Position numbers and translations under genes: made by a program
Shown: positions 1 through 14,738 of the stretch, one piece after another
How positions within the stretch are numbered: the stretch's first letter is position 1
Layout of the letters: each line of letters starts with the position of its first letter
Source: Octopus sinensis
Lineage: Eukaryota
Assembly (NCBI RefSeq): GCF_006345805.1
Contig: NC_042997.1
Coordinates: 68,696,001 to 68,760,000 of the forward strand
Length of the DNA: 64,000 nt
Reading direction: 5' to 3'
Notes under the pieces: generated by a model
The model's database searches: none
Told to the model about the DNA's origin: nothing
What the model saw: only the letters and a program-made list of their open reading frames with translations

Positions 1-475
1 AAATATAACTGGAAATATTTTGTTAGTTTTCAACATTTACGTCAAATAAAAAAAAATCTTAAATGTAGATAGACGTCGAACTGTTGTATATACCACTTTC
101 CTTAGCACTAAAATTCTATCACTAACGCTGGAAGTGTCCCTGGACTCTAAGGTATAAACGCCATACATACGAATAAAGAAAATTATATCCGTCTACAACT
201 TCCATATGTTGACAACAGTTTCAAGAAGAATCCTCTACATACCCGCATATATATGTATAGGAAACTTCAGAGTTAAAGCATTGGCGTAACTATACTCTTC
301 TGGCGATCTGATGACCTAGTCTTCTTTATCTTTATGATTTGTGATCATAAAACTATATTGCATTAAGCATATATTTCATAATGGTGCAGATATTTAAACA
401 TAATTCATTATACTCTGAAATTATTATTCCATGCTGAAGGTCTTGAAAGGGCCGTAATCCTAACAATGACAAGTG

Positions 476-1200
<725 letters not shown>

Positions 1201-1428
1201 CGTTCATTATTTTTTAGTTCCTTATTATCCTTGAATGCTAAATAATCAGGTGATGTTGATTGTAATGGTGTATATCGTGCTGATGTTTGTAATATTTAAA
1301 GGCATGTTTCTCTCTCTTATTACATTTGTTACTTATTTACCGTTTAAAGCTTGAAGTATATGAAATAAGAACTTGTCTACAATGCATTTCACTGTAATTC
1401 ACTTTTGTATGAATTCTTTTCCTTACAG

Positions 1429-1434
1429 CTGAAG
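1429..1434 (+). CDS. Candidate 6-nt microexon (CTGAAG) of the acetylcholine receptor gene
   Basis: TTCTTTTCCTTACAG|CTGAAG|GTAAGT: strong polypyrimidine acceptor and perfect donor 6 nt apart in unique sequence. In phase 1 it reads xCT-GAA-G and joins the phase-1 start of exon 31385 (G+GC = Gly) without a stop. Confidence 0.5.
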
Positions 1435-2189
1435 GTAAGTAATCTATTATTGTTCTTTGAATATCGTTAAATCTATGCTTGTTTTATGCAATGTTCATGT
1501 GGAATATTTTGTAATTTTATTTTCAGTTACATATATAGTAGCGATTAATATCACATATTTCTGTTGGGATTTTAGTATCGTTTATCAAAGTAAAGCATAT
1601 CTGTCCAGGCGATACAGAAATATCGGTATTTCGTTCATTAAACCTTGATTTCTTGTTCTTGAATCAGCGTAATCAATCCTTTTTTGAAAAGCTAAATATT
1701 TTCCAGTGAAATTGTCTTAAATTCTTTTACAGAAATATTCGAAAGTTATACAGAATACATTTTTCAGAATTTCTATTTTATAGAAATACAGTACAAAATC
1801 ACTCCATTTTATTACGGACATAAATTGAAGATTAGGCAGGAAAATAGGCGTTCGGCCAACATTTCTATAACAAATTGAAGATTCATATGATTATAGAGAA
1901 AGTATAGTTAATGGATTTAAGAAACTAATTCATGTATTAAGATATTATACCAACTTATTATTTTACCCACCGTAGTATAGTAAATCAGCCTTGGAAACTA
2001 ATGTGCTTTTGGGTTACTAACCGATTGGTTATATAAACATGTGTATGTATATGTCTGAATTTGTTTGCATTGTTGACAAAATTTATGAGCGTGTATTACT
2101 ATACATCTTAAATAGATGAGCTCAGAAAGCCACAGAAACACATCATACGCATCAGTTACACACTTTTATATGATCATCAGTACTATCCA

Positions 2190-2460
2190 TTAGAAAATTA
2201 GAAGGCTGAATACTGGGCTATTCCTCCTGACAAAACCTGTGAACATGTATATGGTCGAACCTGTGGCAGTTGAGACCTCCAGCGTTCTTGGCCCACGGAC
2301 CATATCCCTGCTCACTACTATCAGGGCAGAGATTTCTGTCCGGAAGTGCGAGGCCCGTGAGTCCGAGTAACTGTTCCAGTGCATCTCCCTCGCTATCCAT
2401 CGGGGCAACGCCTTTTACATTTTGCTAGCTGGTACCCCGAGAAATGTTGAACTATGACAG
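2190..2460 (+). mobile_element. 3' fragment of a CRE-like non-LTR retrotransposon (restriction-like endonuclease domain), one in-frame stop
   Basis: Plus frame reads ...MVEPVAVETSSVLGPRTISLL...ESE*LFQCISLAIHRGNAFYIL, matching the P.AVET.G..GP...LFQRIS.A..RGNA C-terminus of CRE-clade elements. Confidence 0.7.
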
Positions 2461-2805
2461 CAGAAAATGGCCTTTACTTCTAACATAACTATTTTCTAGT
2501 TCTGTGATAATGTTCTTTATCATACACAGTGATACTCATAGATACAGTTTGTTGAAGATATATCTTGTCAAGTCTCTTATAAGTGTCAAATAAAATTGCA
2601 TATCACACACCTGGTAAACTTAAATGTTAGGTATATGTAGAACCAGCAACAAACAGAATGCATTCGTCTTTTACCACTATATAGCTATAAAGGAACAAAC
2701 CAACGATGAAATATACCCTAGCCTTGGTAGTCGTGTCCTTATTTTCGTGTCTAGAAACATTTTAAGATATGAGGGTATGAGGGCAAAACAGGGCGGAAAT
2801 TTTGG

Positions 2806-2847
<42 letters not shown>

Positions 2848-2924
2848 GTCCTGACCAACCTTCCTTTGAACATATCCTTTATGCCATTAAGGGTCAAAGT
2901 GATATATATATATATGTATATATA

Positions 2925-2992
<68 letters not shown>

Positions 2993-3975
2993 CTACCAAT
3001 CTTGTGCCTCATTCTTCCTGATTATTATGTTTAGTTTAATCATATATTTTCATGCATATTGTTTCATTATCTTGCTTCTGATTATGACTGGGGCTATCCG
3101 TAGAGTAAACAGTGAATAGTGAATATTTTAAAATTTGGTCGTTCATGGTAGACTCAACTGAGGGCGACCAATCAGATTCGCGCTCACGCAAGTAATCTGA
3201 AAGGTTTGAAACTGCAGTATTGAGTTATCCTTTATTCCTCTAACGGTCTCCGTAGACGTAAGAGAGAATTTTCCTATATTTACCGCTTGCACATATCTCT
3301 GCCTGTAAATATTCAGCTCTACATAGTGCCGTAAACTTACCGGTTACTATTTCTAGCAATAATCGTACTTCGTGTACACCTGCTTTATATATTTATGATT
3401 CTACTTATATGGCGTTTTATTCTTGCTGGATATTAACATCATCTTAATCAATATCTATATATCTGAAATGCGAAAAGTATGTTTGTTTGTTTGGTTTTGG
3501 CATTGGAACGGGTTACTAGATCCCGTCGGGTTTGCTCCAAAATTTACAGGGACATGTAAAAAGAGGCGCAGATGTGAGTGCGCTAGGTTAGAAATCCCTA
3601 TCTCAAAAGCTGTCGTTACTAGGGCAAAGAATCCACACTTTGACAAGTGTTTGTCGTTTCTGTCTTCCTCCGTCTCTCTCTCTTTCCTCCCTTCCCATCA
3701 CTTTCTCTCTATAGCGACGTTTGATAGCTTCGCCGTCTCTCTGTCACTCTTTCTTCCACCACCATTCTCACTCTACTTCTGTCTCTATCTATAGACAGAA
3801 AGCATGACAGTAGCAACAGTTTAAATATTCCCGTCTTTTAGAACAGCGAATTATTATCGCCCACCTCCTCGCACAATAATAACAGATATTCTTAATCAGA
3901 TATATTGTGTTAAATTATATACATATGTGTGTATATAATAAATATATATAATGTGTGTGTATAGATATACATGTT

Positions 3976-4048
<73 letters not shown>

Positions 4049-4430
4049 AAGTATATATTTATACATATATATATATAAAGTATATATATTTGTATATGTT
4101 TGTGTAGATATATATATATATGTGTGTGTGTAGACATGTATATATAATGCGTATATATGTACATATTCAATGCGTATGTATATATATACATAATGTGTGC
4201 ATATGTGATCGGTTTCAGCTGAAACTATGCATACCTATATTAAAAGTGCTAGCGTGATTGCATGGTAACTTTGAGTTTGCTCAATTGAAAGGCATCGCCA
4301 CTAAGCCCAAATTCCTCATCTTTTAAAATGTGGCAAACGTAGACCCGAATGAAATCAGGTTATGATGCCGAAACAAGTAAAACAATAATAAACTAATTTA
4401 GTCCCGAGCAAGGCCCAGTATATCAGTCTA

Positions 4431-4910
4431 ATCTATAAAATGAAGAAGGCGAACGTTAATACAAATTGGATTTTTACGTAAAAAGGGATCTAAATGGGGC
4501 TGGAAGGGGCTTAAGATTTACAGGAGGAGGTAACTTCAGGTGGGAAATTGATTGAGAGATGTTTTGGGGCGCTACAGTAGTTGCTTTGGCGTGAAAACTG
4601 GGATTTTATTGATCTTGGGGGACACTTGGAGGTCTACATCGGACACCTTTTGCCCGATTTCAATCAAATTTTCAACATGGTAAAGTGGAAGCAGATTTGT
4701 AATTTAAACGCGGAAATCTAATTTTTTATAAATGACAGAGAGATAGATAAAGAGAAAGAGTAACAGAAAGCGAGGGAGAGTCCGAGAGAAAGGAAGAGAA
4801 TGGGAAAATGAGAAACGAGAGAGAAACAAAGAGGGAGAATGTGGCGATAAGAAACAGAAAGTATCAACGACAACTTCACCCGCGCGTAGAGCGGGTCACT
4901 TTAAGCTAAT
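4431..4910 (+). mobile_element. Degenerate non-autonomous Helitron-like element
   Basis: Begins A|TCTATAAAA. Ends with hairpin ACCCGC-GCGTAGA-GCGGGT followed by CTAA (degenerate CTAG). A second decayed Helitron-type 3' end lies just upstream (~4400-4430). Confidence 0.35.
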
Positions 4911-4932
4911 AATATCTATAACTTCATGTAGT

Positions 4933-5220
4933 GAAGGCGCATGGCTCAGTGGTTAGAGCGTCGAGCTTATGATCATGAGGCTGTGAGTTCGAATCACGTT
5001 GCTCTAGTTCACTCAGCTGTAGAAATGAGTTGCGACGTCACAGGTGCCTAGCTGTATCTGTTGTTGCCTTTCCCTTGAATAACACTAGCGGCGTGGAGAG
5101 AGGAGGCCGGTATGCATGGGTGACTTCTGGTCTTCCATAAACAACCTTGCCCGGATTTCTATGCCTGGGAGGGTAACTTTCTAGGTGAAATCCCACGGCC
5201 AGTCTTGACCGAAGGGGGTC
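4933..5220 (+). mobile_element. tRNA-derived SINE
   Basis: Head GGCGCATGGCTCAGTGGTTAGAGCG...GAGTTCGAATC has Pol III A and B boxes, followed by a GC-rich non-tRNA body. Confidence 0.75.
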
Positions 5221-6538
5221 TCAATATTTTCATGTACATCACACACACTCATACACATACTCACACATATGTGTGTGTATATATATATGCGTATGTCTGT
5301 GTCTGTGTTTGAGTGTATTTGCGTAAAGAAGCACCCACCATAAAGAAAAGGAAAATCACAAGTTTTTTAACTTCAATAAAATCATCTCATTCAAATTGAA
5401 ATGTACTTATTTCGATAAAGATTACCTTCTGAATTTTATTTACTACATTAAAATTATTGCCACGAGTACCTCAGAAATTTTAAAACAAGCTACAAACATA
5501 ATCAGGCTGAATATAATTACGTAACTGTAGAAAATAGAACAAAACACAATTTAAATTGGCACAGTGTTACACTTATGAAGATTTTGAACTCTAATATTCT
5601 ATTTAGCTGTATCTTTATATTTACTTTTACGTATTCACATGTCTTACAATCATAACATGTCGATGAATAGCAAAGGCAATTTCATTCTGCTTTTAATGTT
5701 TACATTCCTATTGTCGCCGAGAAATTGGGATGACATTGTAAACATTTCATTTAAGTACACTCAGATCCAATTTAAATACAATTCCTTGTAAGGTGAATGG
5801 TGGCAGCTTGTAAATGATATTACAGTTGTATTAAAGCTCACTTCGTATAAACTGAAACTTACATACTATACCATATTATGTAAAACCACAAACGGAAGCA
5901 CATGCAGCTGTTCTTTAGTAGAGCTGTTGCTTTGTATCGTTATTATAGATCACACGATTGTTCATGGTGTTGTCAACATATTCATTGTAGTCGGCGTTGC
6001 TGTCATAGTCGTTGGCGTTTTATTGATCAAACAAGGTATTTTGCCTAGACTGCCATGATCTTATTCTTCGCAAGTACCGGAGGTGGAGGATGAATCAGAT
6101 CTTCCTTTCGTTTAGTATGCCTATTAGAAATGAATTCACAACAATATGTACTCCTAGTCAAGTGAAAGGAATACAAAGACAAACCTATTCGACATCAGAA
6201 AAAAAAAGAAACATATATTACAATAGTAGAATCATCGAACAATAAATCTATTTAACAAAAGAATGTGTAAGTGTTAATTGATAGGAACTTTCTTCTTCGC
6301 TTTATATTCTCAATTATCGTACTTTTCGATTATTATTCCCCGAAGATGAAGCCCTCTGCTAGCATCACTTAAAGCGTTCTTGCATTTTGAAGATAGTAAA
6401 TTCTATTTTAGTTAAATTTGAACTCAGAACTTTAAGACGGAAAAAATACAATTTTCACGACATTTTTCCTGGCGTGCTAACAACTCTGCGAGCTCGTCGC
6501 ATTCTTGCAACTAAATATTACAAAGGAAATACGTCATG

Positions 6539-6558
6539 TAACACACACACACACACGC

Positions 6559-6606
<48 letters not shown>

Positions 6607-6635
6607 CACACACACACACCAAACACACACACACA

Positions 6636-6666
<31 letters not shown>

Positions 6667-6680
6667 CAACACACACACAC

Positions 6681-6720
<40 letters not shown>
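6539..6720. repeat. (CA)n microsatellite
   Basis: About 180 bp of interrupted CA repeat; source of the HT/VC pseudo-ORFs. Confidence 0.95.
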
Positions 6721-6724
<4 letters not shown>

Positions 6725-7620
6725 AAATAAACCTGTTGAGAGATGTCCATGGAAAGCCGAATCAGTTTAAAAAAAATTTTAATGATTCAGAAATAAAATT
6801 TCCGAAATCTAGCAATTCTGATCGATCATATGCTGTTTTTGTTACAAGAAATTACAGTAAAACTAGCCAATTATTAAAAGAAAAATGGGGAAAATCAGAT
6901 AGCCAAAATATAGGAAATAAACACAGAAACATTCCTTATTATAATAGATACCTTGAGAATGGCTAAAATGATGCAGATAAATATAAGCTAAATACAGAAA
7001 TATCTTTCAACGAGAGGGATTGAAAGAGAGCAATAGTCGAATAAATGGAATATAGGGATTCCCGGCATTACGGAAGCAATACGTTCCGATAGATTTTTTC
7101 CATAAATATATGCAGTATATAGAAATATACTACACATTGTAAACTTTAAGTGCAATAAAAAATGCAAAACACTACACATACCAATGTTGCACCTGTGTGC
7201 CCTTGGTAGAGCCTAGAAATCACGTAATAAAAAGGGGAGTACTGAAAACATTAATAAGCATGATAAAGATAAATGTTTCGGGAAATTCAAAGTAACCGTG
7301 CATTTGGCAGAGCTTACTAAATAATAAGAGAATATTTTCGAATTCAAAAATGTCTTAAAAACTGTTCTAAATAGCAAAAATATCATATAACTTCTTTGCG
7401 CTGCCATCCATAACATATGGTTTTGTAGTCCAACATACATAAATTATTGGATTTTTATACTAGAAATCTTCCAACAAAGTATCACATGTTACATAAGAAC
7501 TCTAGTGTTTAACAACTGTACATCACAAGAAGAGAATGTAGAAAGTGACTATTAATTGTTAGGAATTATTTTAAGAAAGCAGTTATTGATAATTTCAACA
7601 ACTTTTCATATTCAAAAGCC

Positions 7621-7650
7621 TTTCGTCTGATCATACATGATCAGACGAAA
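7621..7650. repeat. Perfect 14-bp-arm hairpin
   Basis: TTTCGTCTGATCAT-AC-ATGATCAGACGAAA. Confidence 0.9.
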
Positions 7651-8205
7651 AGTGAAAATTAGATTTTCGCCATAGCAGCGGTATTCCTGTATGGAATTGA
7701 ATTCCATTTCGAAAAACAAAGCTTATCTCATACTAACAAGAAAAATAGGATAGACTAAAGAAAAATGCTGAACAACAATGAAGACGTACTCCTACGTGCC
7801 AATATTTCTGCGAATTGATTGCTCCAAGATTAACTCTGTTATTGATGAATAAATATCCCCCCCACCCACCTCGAATGGGACAGCAAAACAGAGAAAAAAC
7901 AATTCTAGATATTCCGAGTGGATGTTTTGTTAAATATCGTTTGTATTGTGTTTTCTGAGACTATAAATCTCATTTTAATGGGTTACGCGTTGCTACACTG
8001 TTATAATATTTTAGGGACAAAACAAAGCTTCGTCAACAGAAGGGTACGAACGTCAAAACGCAGAAACATAGCATGATTCAATTCAATTCCCTTTACGTCA
8101 TTATGCGTACATTTTCGTCTCCACATATCTGTACAAATATGTGATAAATTATTCTGGCTATCGACCGTTTCCTTCAAAACAATTCTTTCAAAGTACTTTT
8201 TGAGC

Positions 8206-8472
<267 letters not shown>

Positions 8473-8829
8473 ACGATCGATCGATCCAATGATCTCCTAT
8501 TCATATACTTATGCTTAATTTAAGCGACCTTTCTTTAGGCATATTGATTTTCTCATGAAAAAGATTATTTTTTCCCGCCCACACCCCTCAAAAATCTTCT
8601 TATTAGAATACGCAGGTCGACCGACAAATGTATTCATTGTTTTGATTTTTATAGTACCAGATACATGTTTGCAATTTCAAATACAGGAAATACATTGTTC
8701 GAGTTACCTTGATGTATGTAAATATTTGTCACTTTGTGAGGAAATATCTATACGCCAAACAGCACATACATTGGACATTTGCAAAAGCTCCATAAATGTA
8801 TACCACACGATTTGAATAAAAATCACAAA

Positions 8830-9532
8830 ATACGTAGATATGAAATTTGCGCGTCGCTTCTTCTTCGTAACCAGACCGATCCATTTCTCGTATTGTAATT
8901 TGCGGTAAAAAGAGGATTCTGTACATTAATAAAAACGTTCTTCGCAGTTGTTGGGCCAAATTGAAGTACTGGAACCCTTCCCTAAACCCGAGGTCTGTGA
9001 TTGTTTGGTGGTGTACTGCTGGACTCATCTACTATAACTTCTTAAAAGCAAGCAAAAGCATTAATGCAGAAACACACTGCTATGAAATTGTCAAAATGAA
9101 CGAAAAACTGCTACTTTTCCTTCTTAAACTGGTCTACAGGAGAGGGCCAATCATTCTTCATCGCAATGCTCGACCACTCGTTTCACTAATGACGCTCCAG
9201 ATGTTGAGGGAACTTGGCTACGAAGTTCTTGCCCAGCCAGCTTATTCACCATATCCTTCTACTGACTACAACTTTTTTAAAGCACATTTATGGTGTTCTG
9301 CGAGAGAAGGCGTTCAAAAGTCAAACCCATGCTGAAAGTGCGTTCAAAAAGTTCATCATCTCCAGAACTTCAGATTTTTATGTTACCGGAATAAACAAAC
9401 TTTTAACTCGTTGGCTAAAATGTGTTGATTGCAATGGTACTGACTTTAATGAATAAAATTTCCGCATTGTTGAAATATATTGTAATGAATTTCATGTTTC
9501 AAAACGTTGCTTACATTTTACTCAGCCTGATA
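8830..9532 (+). mobile_element. Decayed mariner (DD34D) transposon, 3' half with right TIR
   Basis: Frameshifted IVICGKKRILY (IVT.DEKWILY), ILHRNARPLV (HDNARPH) and QPAYSPYPSTDYNFFK (HPPYSPDLAP.DY.LF). TIR-like end AAAACGTTGCTTACATTTTACTCAGCCTGA|TA. Confidence 0.85.
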
Positions 9533-11197
9533 CTTTGCCATATATTTAAGTTGAGATGGTGAAAGTTTTGTATTTTAATTCATTGTTTGCTCTTCTACTA
9601 ACACTATCGGTTCTGCATGAATTAAATTCAACGACGTTATTCCTTATGATTTCCTCAAACCTTACAGCTTTTGTAAATGTCACAATATACTTTCGAATCT
9701 AATGTAGATTTCCTACTTGTGGGAAACATGTAAAATGGAATAAGATACTGCCATGTATTTTTCCAAGTACATGGCGATCAGCTTGATTCCATGTTTTAGC
9801 TCTGTTGTCCACAGTATCCTTTAATTTAATCTTTCTTCAGGAGTCTCTACCTATAGGTTTATCTTCCCAGTCAGTATGAAAGTTCTCAGTCAAATGTTTT
9901 GAAGTTAGCTATCGCATTTTTGATCCGGGATATAAATTTAAGATAGTGCATTTCAGTTCACAAAGAGGTTAAGTGTACTGTATAAAACGAGAAGAGATTT
10001 GGAATTTATTGTGCTGTATTTAGCTCTGGGATATTCGGAGTAATATACAAAATACATTTTATCAACCACAAAATGATAAAATGATTATTAATCAGTTCAT
10101 TTAATTCGGCCACAACTGAATTGTGCTCTTCATATATAATTGTTGTTTGTACCGAAATGCACAATGTTTGGATACAAAATTGATGGAAGTTATAATTTTA
10201 TGAGCGGAGTAAAGAAAATGCGCATTAGATATATAACTAATTTTCAAAATGCAGGTGTATAACCAGCTGTTCGTGACCCTATATTAAATAGCTGACAAGT
10301 TATTATTGTGATAGACCTCTTGCTGGAGCCTACGATAAACATTTAGTAGTTTCTTAACCTAAGTCAATGTTACAAAATATATGATGATAATGTACCCTTA
10401 AATTATAGATACAATTCATCTGGTAGACTGCAACACAATTTCCTTCCACTAACGAGACTCGATGATAAGAGGGAAAAACACTTAGGAAAGAGAGAAGAGT
10501 GCGGGATCGAACTCAAAACCTCAATATTGTAAAACGAACATTTTAACCACTAGGTTATACTTGCATACAATTATTTTATATTAATGATTAAGATGGAATT
10601 ACCTTCTTGTTTAATTTGGCTTTGTGTCATCATATGTAGCTACAAACATTTCAGGGAGAAGGTTTTACCTTGATGAATTTCGTGATAAATTAAATATCCT
10701 CTTGTTTGCTTCCTCCACATTTCGACTCACAAAATCTAAAACGTGCTTCTTCGAACACCAGTTGTCTTTAGTTTCTGTTCTCGTTATTTATGTTTCGCGA
10801 ACATATTTCATTTAAAACCATATTTGCCTTATATAATAAATCCATCATTAGTGGCCATATATTTGTTTACGCAGGAAAAAGTTCAGTGGATGTATTAACG
10901 ATATTTAACTGCATCCAGATTGTTCTAGACTCTCTCTTCACAAACTAGGAAGAGAAATGTTTATAATAATGATAGTTAGTACAGTCATTTGCTGCAAATT
11001 AATTTGAACTGTATTACTGTAAATAAAATATACGTGTTACTTCGTGAATGGTAGATAGACCAAAACATTTAAATAGCGAAAATACGATGGAATATATACC
11101 AACATGCTTAATTGTATTGTGTCTGGGTATAATACACACACACACACATACACACACATACACACATACACACACACACACACACAAACACATATTA

Positions 11198-12380
11198 TAC
11201 ACGGGATGAAGTGGGTAAATTGTCGCTGTTCTATATTTTTAATTTCGCGCATGTGCGTAATATGTTTTTGATTTTGTCAACTACACAGTATAATAGGGTC
11301 AGTTGGGCACCGTTTGTGAAAACAACAGCGCCACGACGCAATTCCCTTTGCTAGAAATTCGGCAATGACATGCTCTACTGCTTGGCATTCGCACCGGAAG
11401 CTCTAATACAAACATTTCTAAGTGTTTAGATGTCAATTTGGGGACAGTGCAGATGATTCAGAAAGAGTTGAATGAGTCTAATGGTGATTACGAAGGTACG
11501 GCAGCTCGGAAAACTCACTCTGATCCTTCTGTTAAAAAACTCTTGAATCTGTTAGTGAGATCCAGGCCATGACTGACAACGATCTCTCAAAGTTAATCAG
11601 GTCCATCGCCAGGGACATGGGAAAGTCTGACTTTCTTATCACGCAGGTAGTGCATGAAGACATTCGGTCTTCCTCATACAAGATGTGAAAGGACAAGAGG
11701 GAAGACCGCACTAAGAAGCTTTTGAACAAACTCAAGCATCCCTTCCAACCAAACACGCTATGTTTTTTCTCAGACGAGAAAATTTTCTGCCAGGATCAGA
11801 TGGTGAACAGACAGAACAACCGTTGGCTTGCCGTGTCCCCAAAACATGTACATTCAGTCAACATCATGGTGCTTGGAGTGATCACTAGAGATGGTGACGT
11901 CATGCCTCCATTTATCTACTCACACGGTCTCAGACTCAACATGGAGGCCTGCATCAAGTACCTGGAGGAGAGAGTGCTGCCCTAGGTCAAGAGGGTGGCT
12001 GCTGGAAACCCCTATGCATGGCAACAGGACTCTATACCCTGAGACATAAGCCGGAGAACCCAGTCATAGCAGTCAGGTAACTTCTGCGACCACATCACTC
12101 CTAACATCTGGGCACCTAACTCTCCTTCGATCCTTATGTATGGGTCGCAGATGAACGAGAGACCAACAAAACTCCTTGTAACACCAAAGATAAAGGGGAG
12201 GTATTCCTTAACTTAAACAAGGAGACTGCCCAGAAGAGTTGCAGGAGGTTCCGAAGTCATCTGGAGGTCGTGGTTGAAGCCAATGACGATTTTATTGAGT
12301 AAATTTACTCATTAGAGTTTCAAGATATTATTTTTGTAATTTTGGTAAATATATCTGTTAACATGAGAAGTCAGTATTAT
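11198..12380 (+). mobile_element. Decayed Tc1/mariner-superfamily transposon, maT/DD37D-like
   Basis: FFSDEKIF, VMPPFI, WQQDS and IWAPNSP motifs interrupted by stops and deletions; starts at TA|CACGGG. Confidence 0.75.
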
Positions 12381-12382
12381 TA

Positions 12383-12760
12383 GAAGTCCAGGCAACTCTC
12401 CACCTCCCCACTCAAGACAATAGAGTTGGGCCTCCTTCCAAGGAACATGAAAAGAAGAACATCAAAGCCTGGCTCGTTGCAGCCATCGTATTAGGCTTGG
12501 AGGATAAAATAACAATCCGCCAAGCCTCCAGAACGCAACTACAGAACTGACAGAGCAAGACCTGTAAATGTTAATCCAGGCAGCCCCCAATGTCCTATAA
12601 ATATAGCAAACACCTTATTGGTGGGGTGTGACGCGCAATTAAAGGTTACAGTGGAGAGCAGGAAGCCTCGTTGTTATAAATGTGGCCAGAAAGGCCACAT
12701 TAGAACCGAATGCCCTCCACCTCCCTCCCAAACTCCAGATGTATTCAACACAAAGGTAAG
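12383..12760 (+). mobile_element. Retroelement ORF1/gag fragment with CCHC zinc knuckle
   Basis: RCYKCGQKGHIRTEC (C-x2-C-x4-H-x4-C) in a GC-richer patch; upstream frame is broken. Confidence 0.6.
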
Positions 12761-12773
12761 CCGATACACACAC

Positions 12774-12829
<56 letters not shown>

Positions 12830-12847
12830 ACACACATATATATAAAT

Positions 12848-13003
12848 GCAGGTGTAGCTGTGTGTAAGAAACGTGCCTCCCAGTCACATGGTTCTGGGTT
12901 CAGCCCGCTGCGTGGCACCTTGGGCAAGTGTTTTTTACTTTAGCCTCGGGCCGACCGAAGATTTGTGAGTGGATTCGGTAGAAGGAAACTGAAAGAAGCC
13001 CGA

Positions 13004-13057
<54 letters not shown>

Positions 13058-13230
13058 TATTTGTGTGTGTCATTATGTCTGTGTTTGTCCAATCACCATC
13101 GATTAACGACCGATGTAGGTGTGTTTATGTTCCCGTAAAGTACCAATCTTACAAGGAAAAAGTCGATTTGTTCGACTAAAAGGCGATGCTACTTGACTGA
13201 AATAAGTAAACGAATAAGAGAATAAAAGAA
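12848..13230 (+). mobile_element. tRNA-derived SINE with internal (TA)n
   Basis: GCAGGTGTAGCTGTGTGTAAG...GGGTTCAGCCCGCTGCGTGGCACCTTGGGCAAGTG; same family as 24571-24982. Confidence 0.75.
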
Positions 13231-13498
13231 TATACATAAATACATTACAAAAGTCTCAATAGACATTTTAAGATCTACAAAGCTCAGTACTTAACTGCAG
13301 CACTTGGTGGTCCAAAGTAGATATGCACTTTATGTGGGTGTCTTTTCAAAATATTGTCTGGTTTAAAACGCTACATCAGACGGCATGATAGTTCTGAAGT
13401 GTAAGTGTTGGTTAAACTCTTTATAAGAAGTAGACAACCAGCATACACACACACACACGCACGCACATACACACACATACATACATACATATATACAT

Positions 13499-13532
<34 letters not shown>

Positions 13533-14548
13533 GTATACACACACACACCTATGTATATGTATATATATATCTATGTTTGTCTGTGTTTGTTACACCATCA
13601 TCGCTTGACAACCAGTGTTGGTGTGCTCACCTTCCAGTCACTAAGTAGTTCGGATTACCTGCCGATAGAATAAACGCTAAGCTTAAAAACACTTCAAGGC
13701 GGTGCTCCAGCATAGCCGCAGTCAAATGCCTGAAGCAAATGTAAAAGATAAAAGAATATATATAATTTCTTCAAAATGATCTTACTGAATATCAATAATC
13801 TTTGAATTTACTGAAGACAGAGGAAGTATAATTCATTGAAATGTAAATTATTTTTAGAGCATAAGAATAAATTTTCTAACGAATACAATTGACTGGAATG
13901 TTGTGAAAGAAGACAAAGTACGTATATCTACTATATTATTTAGCTTTTAAGTAATTTTCCCCCTTGCAAGGAAAATATACTGCAAATTATTTCTGTGCAC
14001 ATTTTAGTCTTGTTTCCTCTGACAAAAAGTATAAATAATTTTTTCTTTTACCTTCATAATCTTTTTTGAAATCATAATTATATTTGAATCACCCATTCAT
14101 GTACATTTCGCGTTTATTAGCTTTGTAATTTGTTATCGAAAAAAATCGTAAGTTAACAAAATTCTAATGACAATATGTTGAAAAAAGCTGAAAAGCATTA
14201 GTAAGGTACACACTTATTTGGCGATGTCAACTAGCTTCATTTTGAGGCTTCTAATATTTTTCAGTTAATGTTTTAACACATGGCACATGGTCCATGCTGA
14301 AGGATAAATGATCCAAATTGCTGTTTCACAGATAATATCTAATTAGAAATTTTTAATTTGACAATATCTTCGGGTTAGGTTTGATTCTACATCTTACAGC
14401 GAAATTTCATACGTTCTCTTCAATGACATTTACGATTACATTTAATGACATATCGCTCACAAAACGTGGGTTCTCTTGAAACTATAGCTGAAAGACATAT
14501 TCATAAATAGACACAAACAGATACAAAGATATACGCCTGCACACTTTT

Positions 14549-14630
<82 letters not shown>

Positions 14631-14684
14631 GTATGTATATACATGTATATATATATATGTGTATATATATATGTATATTATATG

Positions 14685-14738
<54 letters not shown>

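Noticed and set aside
3191-3225. Hammerhead-like CTGAAAG-GTTT-GAAACTGCAGT-A with palindromic stem III
   Set aside because: The core deviates from CUGANGA, and stems I and II do not pair; at most a dead remnant.
4933-5000. tRNA gene (also 63088-63165)
   Set aside because: A and B boxes are present but there is no complete cloverleaf or acceptor stem, and the sequence continues into SINE bodies.
9560-10000. Possible THAP/P-element remnant on the minus strand (SKHLTENF...KLKDTV)
   Set aside because: Similarity is too short and broken to support without a search.
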